NCBI GenBank assembly: GCA_046583315.1
Contig: JAYGCN010000177.1
Span: 1-42,860 of the forward strand
Origin: Candidatus Hydrogenedentota bacterium
Lineage (GTDB): Bacteria > Hydrogenedentota > Hydrogenedentia > Hydrogenedentales > GCA-2746185
Length of the DNA: 42,860 nucleotides
Direction of reading: 5' to 3'
Part shown: positions 8,863 to 17,564 of the stretch, piece by piece
How the letters are laid out: each line of letters starts with the position of its first letter
Numbering within the stretch: the stretch's first letter is position 1
The notes under the pieces: generated by a model
Databases searched by the model: none
What the model was told of the DNA's origin: nothing
Seen by the model: the letters and a program-made list of their open reading frames with translations, nothing else
Program-made: the position numbers and the translations under genes

Positions 8863-9999
8863 CTACTTTATGCTATCCGGATCAAATATTGTTGCGCCGA
8901 TGTAGCGTTCTGGGCCGGTCGTTTCATCGTTGATGTAGTAGAACACGACGACTTTTCGGTCGGGGCGTTGGACCATGCGGGTGTATCCGATGTCGCGGTT
9001 GGTGCCGTCGTCGCGCAGTATGATGTCGTCGCTCCAGGTTTGGCCGTTGTCAAAGCTGAGTTTGGCGCGGATGCTGAAGGGGTCGGCGCGGAAGCCGTAG
9101 GTCATGCAGAGGCGGCCATCTTTCAGTTTAATGAGGGCGGCGGGGTTGCCTTCCCCGGCGTCGTCGACGGGGTCGACCTCTTGCGTCCAGGTTTTGCCGT
9201 TGTCTTTGGATCGGAAGGCTTGTTGCCAGCGCTTGGAGCCTATACGGGCGCGGAGGATGGTATACAATTCGGTGTCGTTGATGCGCACGGTGGCGGGCAT
9301 GATGAGGAAGCCTCGTGGTTCCGGGCCGATGTCACCTTCTTTCGTCCAGCTGAGTCCGCCGTCTCGGGTACGGATGCAAATGACGCGGCCTTCCTGTTTA
9401 TTGCTCTTGGCGACGGTGATGAAGGCCATGCAATCATTTTTTCCGTTGACGATGTAATCCGTTCGTGCAGCGGTTCCGGGTGCGCCGAAGTTGGGGAGCA
9501 GATATGGTCCTTCCCAGTTATCGCCACGGTCGTATGAGTAGAAGTACCGGGAACTTCCGTCATTGATGTCCGTCGTGCGTAAGGTCATCGCGAAATCGGG
9601 ATGGGTGAAGTTGATCGGCTCCGTCTGGGCGATTGCCTCGGGGATTTTTACGTCATCCCGGGCAACGCCGTGCAGGAATCCACCCTCAGGAATGAGATCG
9701 CCCTTTAGCGCGGGGTCAATAATCGTCCAGGTCCGTCCGCCGTCTTTGCTACGTGCCAGAAAATGTTTTTCCGGTTTTTCACGGTCGATGGCATGGCGAT
9801 CAGGACCGAGGTATTTGTACGCGCCTTCGGAGAATCCGACCAGAATTTCGTTGCCCCACGACCAGATGCCATGATTGGCGGGCCAGCCCCCGAAGCGGGT
9901 TGGTTCGGAATAGACTTTGACATGTTCGATGTCGGTGGGGCGCAGATCTGCGGCGGTCGTCGTTGATACCAAAATGAGCAGGACGCAGATGATTCGCAT
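8863..9999 (-). CDS. Secreted sialidase-like / BNR (Asp-box) repeat beta-propeller protein
   Basis: Signal peptide plus Asp boxes SKDGGRTW, SYDRGDNW, TRDGGLSW, SKDNGKTW and SFDNGQTW; DIGYT motif near the C-terminus. Confidence 0.85.
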   Translation of the reverse strand: MRIICVLLILVSTTTAADLRPTDIEHVKVYSEPTRFGGWPANHGIWSWGNEILVGFSEGAYKYLGPDRHAIDREKPEKHFLARSKDGGRTWTIIDPALKGDLIPEGGFLHGVARDDVKIPEAIAQTEPINFTHPDFAMTLRTTDINDGSSRYFYSYDRGDNWEGPYLLPNFGAPGTAARTDYIVNGKNDCMAFITVAKSNKQEGRVICIRTRDGGLSWTKEGDIGPEPRGFLIMPATVRINDTELYTILRARIGSKRWQQAFRSKDNGKTWTQEVDPVDDAGEGNPAALIKLKDGRLCMTYGFRADPFSIRAKLSFDNGQTWSDDIILRDDGTNRDIGYTRMVQRPDRKVVVFYYINDETTGPERYIGATIFDPDSIK

Positions 10000-10142
10000 G
10001 GGGACTCCCTTTTTGCGTTAACGCTTGAGAAACAGACTAGTGGAATCCGCGCACGTAATCAATCGTGGCAGTTGCAATGATGGCGCGCGCCGTGGTCTGA
10101 TGGTAGCTTCACATTGTTTGTCCGATTCTTTTGGAGGTTGCC

Positions 10143-12356
10143 ATGAAGATGTTGAGAGTTTTGGTTTTTGTTGGAATAGCCACTATCCTTGCTGGGTGCA
10201 GCACGATCGATTCCCTGTCCGCTGCGCCGCCGACAAAAGCGGTAGAGTCAGAAGCACCGATAATTGCGAAGACTTACGACGTCAAGATTCTTCGTGACAC
10301 CTGGGGTGTGCCGCATGTTTATGGCAAGACGGATGCGGATGTCGCTCATGGCCTGGCTTATGCGCATTGCGAAGACGACTTCAAAACGATTGAAGATACG
10401 ATGATTGCGACGCGGTCGCTGGGGGGATCGGTGCACGGTCCCGATGCAGCGGCGATCGATTTCATTGTGCATCTTCTGGGCGTGTGGGACGACGTGAATG
10501 CGAAGTATGAGACGGATTTATCCCCCGAGACGCGTGCGTTGTGTGAGGCCTACGCGGCGGGTGTGAATCTATACGCGGAGGAACACCCGGACCAGCTTCA
10601 GCTTCCCGATATTTATCCGGTGACGGGAAAGGACATCGTGGCGGGATTCGTGTTCAAGGCTCCGTTTTTCTTTGGGTTGGACGGTCAGGTGCTTCGACTA
10701 TTCGGGAACGAGCGCAGGAGTGCCGTGGCGACGAAACAGGCGACTGCAGAAGTTCATGAAGACGGAATCGATCTCTCGTACAAGACCGCATTTGCGAATA
10801 CGCGCGATTTTTTGACCAAACAACTTCCTTATGGATCCAACACGTTCAGCGTATCGCCGAAACGATCGGCTGATGGCAGTACTTTTCTCAATGTAAATTC
10901 TCATCAACCCTACGAAGGCCCGGTCGCGTGGTACGAAGCGCATCTTCACAGCGAGGAAGGCTGGAACATGGTCGGCGGATTATTCCCGGGCATGCCGGTG
11001 ATTGGACACGGGCACAATCTGGACTTGGGTTGGGCGATGACGGTGAACAGTCCCGATCTGGTTGATATTTATGTGTTGGAAGTCAATCCAGATAACCCGG
11101 ATCAATATAAATACGATGGCGAATGGCTTGATTTTGAAATTAAGACGGTCACGTTGAAGGTGAAAATTAACCCCGGCTCCGATCTGACGATGAACGTGCG
11201 GCGCGAGGTTATTCGTTCGGTGCATGGCCCGGTGCTTCGCCAGGACCACGGCACCTACGCAATTCGCTATGCGGGCATGGGCAACATTCAGCAGGTGGAG
11301 CAGTGGTACCGCATGAACAAGTCCACGAATCGTGACGAATTTATGGCGGCGATGAAAATCCAGGGTATCGCGTCGTTGAACGTGGGTTATGCCGACAAAT
11401 CCGGCAATATCATGTACATCTACAACGCGCGATTGCCCATGCGCAATCCGGGATATGATTATGAGCTGTATCTGCCGGGCAACACTTCCGAGACCAATTG
11501 GGACAGCTATCTTCCCTTTGAAGAACTGCCGATGGTCATCAATCCCGAGTCCGGATTCACGCAGAATACGAACGATACGCCCTTCAACACGACCCTTGGG
11601 CCGGAAAATCCGGAGGAAGGGGATTTCGACCCGAATTTCGGAATTGAAACGAATATGACCAACCGTGGATTGCGTGCGATGGAGCTGCTCGGGGGGGATG
11701 AATCCATTACGAAGGAAGAGTTTTATCGCTACAAGTTCGACATGAAATATTCGAACAATTCGGTCATGGCGAAATTCCTGGCCGCGATTGAGCAGCTTCC
11801 CGCGCAAGACGATAAGTTGGTTGCCGAATCGATAGAGATTATCAATGGCTGGGACATGAGTACGCATCCTGAAAGTCGCGGTGCAGCGATTGCGGTGATG
11901 AGTGTCGTCCCGCTGGTGCGTGGAAGTGGCGATGTTCCCGATGACGCCGTACTGATTGCTTCGCTGAAGAAATCGGCGCAGCTTCTGGTCGATGTGCATG
12001 GTCGTATCGACGTGCCGTGGTCCGATGTGAATCGAATCATTCGCGGTGACGTGAACATCGGCGTGGGGGGTGGTCCCGACATTTTGCATGCGGTGTATGG
12101 CGGCCTGAACGAAGAGACCGCTCAGTTCAAAGGGCGCGCCGGGGATTGTTATGTATTGCTCGTCGATTGGGATGCGGACGGCAGCGTGTCATCCGAGAGC
12201 ATCCATCAATACGGCAGTGCAACGCTGGATGCGACATCTCTCCATTACGCGGATCAGGCGCCGTTGTTTGTACAGCGTCAGTTGAAGCCGGTGTGGATGG
12301 ACGAGGCGGAAATTCGTCAACATCTTGAGCGCGAGTATCGTCCGGGTCAGGACTAG
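10143..12356 (+). CDS. Penicillin acylase family Ntn-hydrolase (peptidase S45), lipoprotein
   Basis: Lipobox LAG-C, ILRDTWGVPHVYG, beta-subunit N-terminal nucleophile G/SNTFSVSPKRS, NSHQP, YAD..GNI; GGAGG RBS before ATG 10143. Confidence 0.9.
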   Translation: MKMLRVLVFVGIATILAGCSTIDSLSAAPPTKAVESEAPIIAKTYDVKILRDTWGVPHVYGKTDADVAHGLAYAHCEDDFKTIEDTMIATRSLGGSVHGPDAAAIDFIVHLLGVWDDVNAKYETDLSPETRALCEAYAAGVNLYAEEHPDQLQLPDIYPVTGKDIVAGFVFKAPFFFGLDGQVLRLFGNERRSAVATKQATAEVHEDGIDLSYKTAFANTRDFLTKQLPYGSNTFSVSPKRSADGSTFLNVNSHQPYEGPVAWYEAHLHSEEGWNMVGGLFPGMPVIGHGHNLDLGWAMTVNSPDLVDIYVLEVNPDNPDQYKYDGEWLDFEIKTVTLKVKINPGSDLTMNVRREVIRSVHGPVLRQDHGTYAIRYAGMGNIQQVEQWYRMNKSTNRDEFMAAMKIQGIASLNVGYADKSGNIMYIYNARLPMRNPGYDYELYLPGNTSETNWDSYLPFEELPMVINPESGFTQNTNDTPFNTTLGPENPEEGDFDPNFGIETNMTNRGLRAMELLGGDESITKEEFYRYKFDMKYSNNSVMAKFLAAIEQLPAQDDKLVAESIEIINGWDMSTHPESRGAAIAVMSVVPLVRGSGDVPDDAVLIASLKKSAQLLVDVHGRIDVPWSDVNRIIRGDVNIGVGGGPDILHAVYGGLNEETAQFKGRAGDCYVLLVDWDADGSVSSESIHQYGSATLDATSLHYADQAPLFVQRQLKPVWMDEAEIRQHLEREYRPGQD

Positions 12357-12367
12357 GAGAGAGACTC

Positions 12368-12778
12368 ATGGGATTGCGAATATTTTATGGAATTATGGGC
12401 GTGCTTGCCCTGGCTAACGGCGTGTACATGATCGATCAGCCGGAGCACTGGTACTTCAACCTGCCTGCGGAGATTCCCGATACCGGGGCCTACAACGGCC
12501 ACTTCATTCGGGATATCGGGCTGGCCTATATTATTTCCGGTATCGGATTTTTGTGGTCGATTCCCTATTTGACCAAGTGCCGTATCGTTCACATTGGGAA
12601 TACCTTGTTCGTGACTGGCCACGCCGCGTTGCACGTGGTGGACATCGCCAGTGGGCGGCTTCCGATGGATCACGTATTGCACGATGCGCCTGCAGTTTTG
12701 ATTCCAGGCGTAATCATGCTCGTGTTGTGTGTGCCCGCGGTCTGGGTGCGGGTGAATCCGATGGATCTGGGACAATAG
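12368..12778 (+). CDS. Small integral membrane protein (about 4 TM), function unknown
   Basis: AGGAG RBS 11 nt after the acylase stop; four hydrophobic segments; GAYNGHFIRDIG and HAALH motifs. Confidence 0.75.
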   Translation: MGLRIFYGIMGVLALANGVYMIDQPEHWYFNLPAEIPDTGAYNGHFIRDIGLAYIISGIGFLWSIPYLTKCRIVHIGNTLFVTGHAALHVVDIASGRLPMDHVLHDAPAVLIPGVIMLVLCVPAVWVRVNPMDLGQ

Positions 12779-12821
12779 AAACCTTTTGGCCGCGGCTGGA
12801 GTCGAAGTTAGCAATTATTAG

Positions 12822-12851
12822 TTGCAGTCCCTACCGAATTCGATCTATAGT
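12822..12851 (+). promoter_or_regulatory. Putative sigma70 promoter of the NTF2-like lipoprotein gene
   Basis: TTGCAG (12822-27), 18 nt spacer, TATAGT (12846-51). Confidence 0.4.
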
Positions 12852-12934
12852 GTGGGCCTGAATTCGCGGGAACCCGCGGATAAGGGACTCATTCAAATCG
12901 TTATTAGGGCTTCTTAACAGGAAAGGATAATTCC

Positions 12935-13351
12935 ATGAAAGCACTTTTGAAAATGAGCGTATTGGCACTGTCTATGGTTGTATTGACGGGTTGCGCGTCC
13001 ACAGGCGGCGGAGCTAGTGATGAAGATGTCGTGAACGGAATCGTTGCCGAAATGATGGCTGCGCTTGCAGGACAAGACATCGATAAAATGGTTTCTTTCT
13101 ACTCTGAAGACTTCGAGTCCGATCAGGGTGGTGACCGTGATGCAACGAGAGAATTCCTTGCTGGCGCTAAAGAGCAGGGCTTCCTTGATGGCATCGAAGT
13201 TGACCAGTCCAGTAGCGAAACCTCTATTGAAGGCGACAAAGCTTCCGTAGGTCCTATCGACCTCGAAGGTGCTTTCGGCGCGCTCACGCTTGAGTTTGAT
13301 CTCGAAAAGCGTGACGGCAGCTGGATCGTCGTTTACATGGCTCAGTACTAA
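12935..13351 (+). CDS. Lipoprotein with NTF2/SnoaL-like domain
   Basis: Lipobox LTG-C; the pattern DIDKMVSFYSEDF...IEGDKASV...LEKRDGSWIV fits the NTF2-like fold; AAGGA RBS. Confidence 0.78.
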   Translation: MKALLKMSVLALSMVVLTGCASTGGGASDEDVVNGIVAEMMAALAGQDIDKMVSFYSEDFESDQGGDRDATREFLAGAKEQGFLDGIEVDQSSSETSIEGDKASVGPIDLEGAFGALTLEFDLEKRDGSWIVVYMAQY

Positions 13352-13371
13352 GCCGACCGTTATCCTAATTT

Positions 13372-13418
13372 GAAAATCTCCCTCGATGACCTCGGTTGTC
13401 GAGGGAGATTTCTCTTTT
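13372..13418 (+). terminator. Rho-independent terminator
   Basis: Stem AAATCTCCCTCGAT / GTCGAGGGAGATTT followed by CTCTTTT, about 20 nt after the lipoprotein stop. Confidence 0.8.
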
Positions 13419-13439
13419 ACTTATAAGTCGATACAAACC

Positions 13440-13904
13440 ATGTCCGAGCCTACCAACAGATGAACCGCTCTTGCCCAGATCGGGACTTCCCTAGCCCTTG
13501 CATGGACCGCAGTGTTTGGCGGGCCGTCCACGGTCTTCGCGTTAAACCCGTTACGCATGCGTCAGTCCGGTCAGGCCTTGAACCTTGGTTCCGTGTGGAA
13601 TTACGGCGAAACCTTTAGGCTGGTCAAACACGAACGCACGGTGCAGGACGGATGGCAATCCACGAGCGAGCTGGTGAAACTTTTCGTGCGCGTGGATGCT
13701 GACGGCAATCCTGAAGTGTTTTCGGCCACCTGCACACACCTTGGTTGCAGTGTCAATTGGCACGATGAGGCCGGCGAATTCGAGTGTCCTTGTCACGGAG
13801 GACGATACGCCGCTGATGGAACCATGATTGCCGGTCCACCCCCCGCATCGCTACCCCGTATCGATGCCCGCGTCGAGAACGAAGAGCTGGTGATTGAGTT
13901 ATGA
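13440..13904 (+). pseudogene. Rieske 2Fe-2S subunit (QcrA/PetC-like) interrupted by in-frame TGA at 13461-13463
   Basis: Rieske boxes CTHLGC and CPCHGG. Reading in frame from ATG 13440 gives MSEPTNR*TALAQIGTSLALAWTAVFGGP..., a Tat-like leader with the stop at the second Arg position. The track ORF starts at GTG 13512, inside the anchor helix. Confidence 0.75.
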
Positions 13905-15248
13905 GTCGCAAGCAGGCCATTTTTGATTGGATCGAGTCTCGTAGCGCGCTGATTTCTGGAGCGAAACATTTTTTGAAGGAAGAAATCCCCGCGTCGACGG
14001 GTTGGCGCAACACGCTTGGCAGTTTGCTGGGTGCTCTGTTGCTCGTTCAAATCCTTACCGGGTTCCTGTTGGCCCTTTATTACTTGCCTCATCCGCAAGC
14101 GGCCCATGCCTCTTTGGAGTTCGTGAATGAAGCTGTGTTGGGCGGCAGTCTTGTTCGCTCATTGCATTATCAGGGGGCCTCATTCATCATTGTCGCACTC
14201 TTTTTACATACCTTGCGTGTTTTTTATTCGGGTGCGTACCGTGCGCCGCGTGAAGGTGTGTGGCTGACCGGGCTGGCTCTGTTGGGCATCACGGTCGCAA
14301 TCGCGTTTACGGGTCAGCTCCTGCCTTACAATCAGATGGGTTATTGGGCTGCCAGTGTCGGCATCGAAATCGCCTCCTCCGTTCCTGTCGTTGGGTCGCA
14401 TATCAAACAACTCATTCAAGGCAGTGATACGGTGGGTGCCGTGACCTTGACGCAATTCTACGCCTTGCACGTCATGCTGCTTCCCGCATTGCTCGGATTG
14501 ATTACAGCATTGCATTTATATCTGCTTCGAAAACACAGTCCGCTTCGACCTGCGCAGGATTCCACAAGCGACACCGATACCTTTTTCCCCGTACAGTTTT
14601 TCCGAGACATGATTACCGTGTCAGTCGGTCTTGCTTTGTTGATGACGGTCGCTCTCATTTATGGCGGCCCACATTCGCCGCCGCTGGATTTGTCCGACGA
14701 TGCCTACATCCCGATTCCCGAGTGGTATTTCAACGCACACTTCGAGATTCTGCGCATGACGCCGCCGGCACTTTACGTAGTGGCCACGTTTGTGCTGCCT
14801 TCGGCTGTGGGTGCTGTGCTTGTGCTGTTGCCTTGGCTCGATCGCGGAAAATCGACACGGCTGAGCGACCGAAAACCGGTCATCGTGATGGGAACCATTG
14901 GCCATTGTCGCCGCTGTCGGTCTCACCATCCTGGGCGTATACCGCAACGCGTCGCACGCCGCTCTGGAGCACGCCGCAGTCGAATCGGAAACAGACGAAG
15001 ATCCCGTGATCGCGCTGGGACGCCAAGTGTACGAAGAAGAATTCTGTGCAACGTGTCACAAGTTGGATGGTGCAGGCGAGACGAAAGGGCCGGAACTCAC
15101 GCATATCGGCAGCAGATTGCAGGAAGGCTATTTACGGGGATGGATTACCGACCCCGAATCTTTCCGGCCTGACACGATAATGCCCGCGACCATGGCCGAT
15201 GGCGAAAAACTCGACGCGCTGGTTGCCTTTCTCATGGCGCAGAAATAG
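13901..15248 (+). pseudogene. Cytochrome b (b6 + subunit IV-like) fused to a monoheme cytochrome c, frameshifted at ~14897
   Basis: Heme His pairs RSLHYQGAS...LHTLR and FYALH...LHLYLL, GQLLPYNQMGYWA and PEWY are present. The frame turns to nonsense after KPVIVMGT, while the +1 frame continues the TM helix (LAIVAAVGLTILGVY) into CATCH, GPELTHIG and a distal Met (TIMPA). Confidence 0.8.
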
Positions 15249-15323
15249 GCATTGAAGTTTTCCCCCGAAATCGAGTCTAATACTCTCTTAGCCAGTGTGT
15301 CTCACGAAAGCAGGAATTTTGCC

Positions 15324-16370
15324 ATGAAATTTCACCTGATCAACGTCTATTCATTGCTCATAATGAGCGTACTTTTCGTCGGATGCGGCCCGGCAGACGA
15401 CTCCACCGAAGGAGAATCTCCAGAGGCGGAGACTGTAGCCGAAGCCCCTTCAGAGCCAACCTGGGCCGAGCGTCTGGGCTTTCCGGAAGGCACGCGCGCG
15501 CTGATATTGCATGTCGACGACGCGGGCATGTCGCACGACTCCAACGTGGGCACGTGGCGCGCGATTGATGACGGTGCGGCCAATTCTGTGAGCATCATGA
15601 TGCCGTGTCCGTGGGTGCCGGAGTTTGCCAAGTACGTGCGCGAGAATCCGACGGTGGATGCTGGACTGCATCTCACGTTGACCTCGGAATGGAACTTTCT
15701 TCGTTGGCCTCCTCTCGCGGGTAAACCGGTTGTGCCGGGATTGACTGACGAGCAAGGTTGTTTGTGGGACAACGTGCCGCTGGTGATAGAACATGCAACA
15801 CCGGATGAGGTCGAAATCGAAATTCGCGCGCAAATCGAGCGCGCCCGGAATCTGGGCTTTGAACCGACGCACATGGATTCGCATATGGGGACGCTTTTCG
15901 CCCACATGCCGTTTCTGGAACGCTATATCAAAGTTGGCATCGAAGAACAGATTCCCGTGATGTTTCCTGCAGGACACAATAAATACGTGGGACGTAATCC
16001 AGAACGACGCACGGAAGAGTTCATGGCCTATGGCCAACAGATCTGGGACGGTGGCCTGCCGGTTTTGGATGATTTGCATTCGAGCAGTTACGACTGGAAG
16101 AGCGACGACAAAGTCGATGAATATGTTGAAGCCATTCGCGGACTTGGGCCAGGCGTGACGATGATGATTCTGCATTGCACGGACACCTTTGAAAATTTTG
16201 ATGAAATTTCGAGTTCGGGCGACCTGCGGCGTGGCGATTTGGACGCGATGCTCGATCCGCGTATTCAAGAGGTTATCGAAGAGGAGGGCATCGTGATGAC
16301 GACCTTCCGTGAATTGATGGAACGACGTCAGGCGGTGAAAGAAGCCGACACGTCCGACGAACAGGAGTAA
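15324..16370 (+). CDS. YdjC/ChbG-like carbohydrate deacetylase family lipoprotein
   Basis: HVDDAGM, GLHLTLTSEW, PTHMDSHM and MILH motifs; lipobox-like FVG-C; AGGA RBS before ATG 15324. Confidence 0.85.
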   Translation: MKFHLINVYSLLIMSVLFVGCGPADDSTEGESPEAETVAEAPSEPTWAERLGFPEGTRALILHVDDAGMSHDSNVGTWRAIDDGAANSVSIMMPCPWVPEFAKYVRENPTVDAGLHLTLTSEWNFLRWPPLAGKPVVPGLTDEQGCLWDNVPLVIEHATPDEVEIEIRAQIERARNLGFEPTHMDSHMGTLFAHMPFLERYIKVGIEEQIPVMFPAGHNKYVGRNPERRTEEFMAYGQQIWDGGLPVLDDLHSSSYDWKSDDKVDEYVEAIRGLGPGVTMMILHCTDTFENFDEISSSGDLRRGDLDAMLDPRIQEVIEEEGIVMTTFRELMERRQAVKEADTSDEQE

Positions 16371-16376
16371 GACGCC

Positions 16377-17342
16377 ATGAAAACACTGGAGCATATACTC
16401 ACCGCCGGATTGATTTTGTCCGCAGGCATCGCATCCGCACAGGATAATCAAACCTACGCCGAAAAACTCGGCTGGCCCAAAGGCACGAAGGCCCTCATCG
16501 TACACGTAGACGACGCGGGTATGTCCCACGACTCGAACATGGGAACCATTGCCGCACTCGAAAAAGGCTCCGCCAGCTCGTTCAGCGTGATGATGCCGTG
16601 TCCATGGGTGCCGGAAATCGTCAAATACATCAAGGAGAATCCCGGTGTTGATGCAGGGCTACACTTGACCTTGAATTCCGAATGGGATGAATATCGCTGG
16701 GGGCCTGTTGCGGGAAAACCCACTACGCCTGGCCTCGTCGATTCCGAAGGCGCCATGTGGGGGCAGACGAGCGAGACGGTTGAACACGCGACCGCCGAGG
16801 AAGTGGAATTCGAGATTCGTGCGCAACTAGATCGGGCATTGACGATGGGTTTCACACCGACGCATCTGGATTCGCACATGGGGACCATCTTCGAGAGTCC
16901 AGAGTTCATCGCGGTGTACATCAAGATTGGTATCGAAAAACAGATACCTATCATGGTGCCGGGCGGCGCGGGTAAATTTACCCGTATACAATATTCCGAT
17001 TTCCCTGTCGCAATGATCAAAGCCATGGGCATGCAAATCTGGCGCGGCGGACTGCCCGTGCTCGACGACCTGCACAACACGAGTTACGGCTGGAAACGTG
17101 AGGAGAAGCTGGAAAAATACAAGGAAGCCTTGCGCGATATCGAGCCCGGCGTGACCATGATGATCATGCATTGCACCGACCCGAGCGAAGTGTTTCCCGT
17201 ATTCACAGGCTCGACCGATACGCGCCTCGGCGATCTCGAAGCGGTCATGCATCCTGAATTCAAACAGGTTATGAAAGAAGAAGGCATCATCCTCACCACC
17301 TTCGCCGAACTCATGGAACGCCGCAAAAAAGTCCAAGACTAA
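16377..17342 (+). CDS. YdjC/ChbG-like carbohydrate deacetylase family secreted protein (tandem paralog)
   Basis: Same motifs (HVDDAGM, GLHLTLNSEW, PTHLDSHM); Sec signal ending ASA/QD; AGGAG RBS. Confidence 0.87.
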   Translation: MKTLEHILTAGLILSAGIASAQDNQTYAEKLGWPKGTKALIVHVDDAGMSHDSNMGTIAALEKGSASSFSVMMPCPWVPEIVKYIKENPGVDAGLHLTLNSEWDEYRWGPVAGKPTTPGLVDSEGAMWGQTSETVEHATAEEVEFEIRAQLDRALTMGFTPTHLDSHMGTIFESPEFIAVYIKIGIEKQIPIMVPGGAGKFTRIQYSDFPVAMIKAMGMQIWRGGLPVLDDLHNTSYGWKREEKLEKYKEALRDIEPGVTMMIMHCTDPSEVFPVFTGSTDTRLGDLEAVMHPEFKQVMKEEGIILTTFAELMERRKKVQD

Positions 17343-17485
17343 TTACCTTTCTTTCGAGAAAGAAAGGTAATGCCAAAGAAAGCCGGGAAATACTTCGTAT
17401 TTCCTGATGGAAGTACGCATGCTTTCTTGCGGAGCAAATATCGGTTCTTCTTTGCTTCTTTCTTCTTTCCTAAGAAGAAAGAAGG
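17342..17485. repeat. Composite palindromic intergenic element: two inward-facing hairpin+tail units around a central hairpin
   Basis: Left unit ATTACCTTTCTTTCGAGAAAGAAAGGTAAT followed by CAAAGAAAGC; central hairpin GGAAATAC-TTC-GTATTTCC; right unit 17443-17485, whose reverse complement matches 8798-8842. Confidence 0.75.
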
Positions 17486-17564
17486 GTACTTTTGCAGGAA
17501 TAGCGGTAGTTGTAGTAGAATTTGCAGAGTTCCCCCCTTGTTTTAATGACTATAAGGTACACAC

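Noticed and set aside
13421..13432. 12-mer TTATAAGTCGAT also found at 27470-27481, both intergenic
   Set aside because: One 12-bp match is within chance expectation and the flanking genes have no evident functional link.
13461..13463. TGA in the Rieske gene as selenocysteine or alternative-code readthrough
   Set aside because: The position corresponds to a Tat arginine, not a Cys. Many genes here (xseB, hisS, nadC, birA) end in TGA, so code 11 applies, and I see no SECIS-like hairpin.
14898..15172. The Arg-rich C-terminal tail of the 423-aa cytochrome b ORF as a real domain
   Set aside because: It is the out-of-frame read of the cytochrome c coding sequence after the frameshift.
17342..17490. 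CRISPR array or tRNA in the palindromic intergenic region
   Set aside because: There are no regularly spaced direct repeats with spacers, no cloverleaf or T-loop/CCA, and no cas genes.
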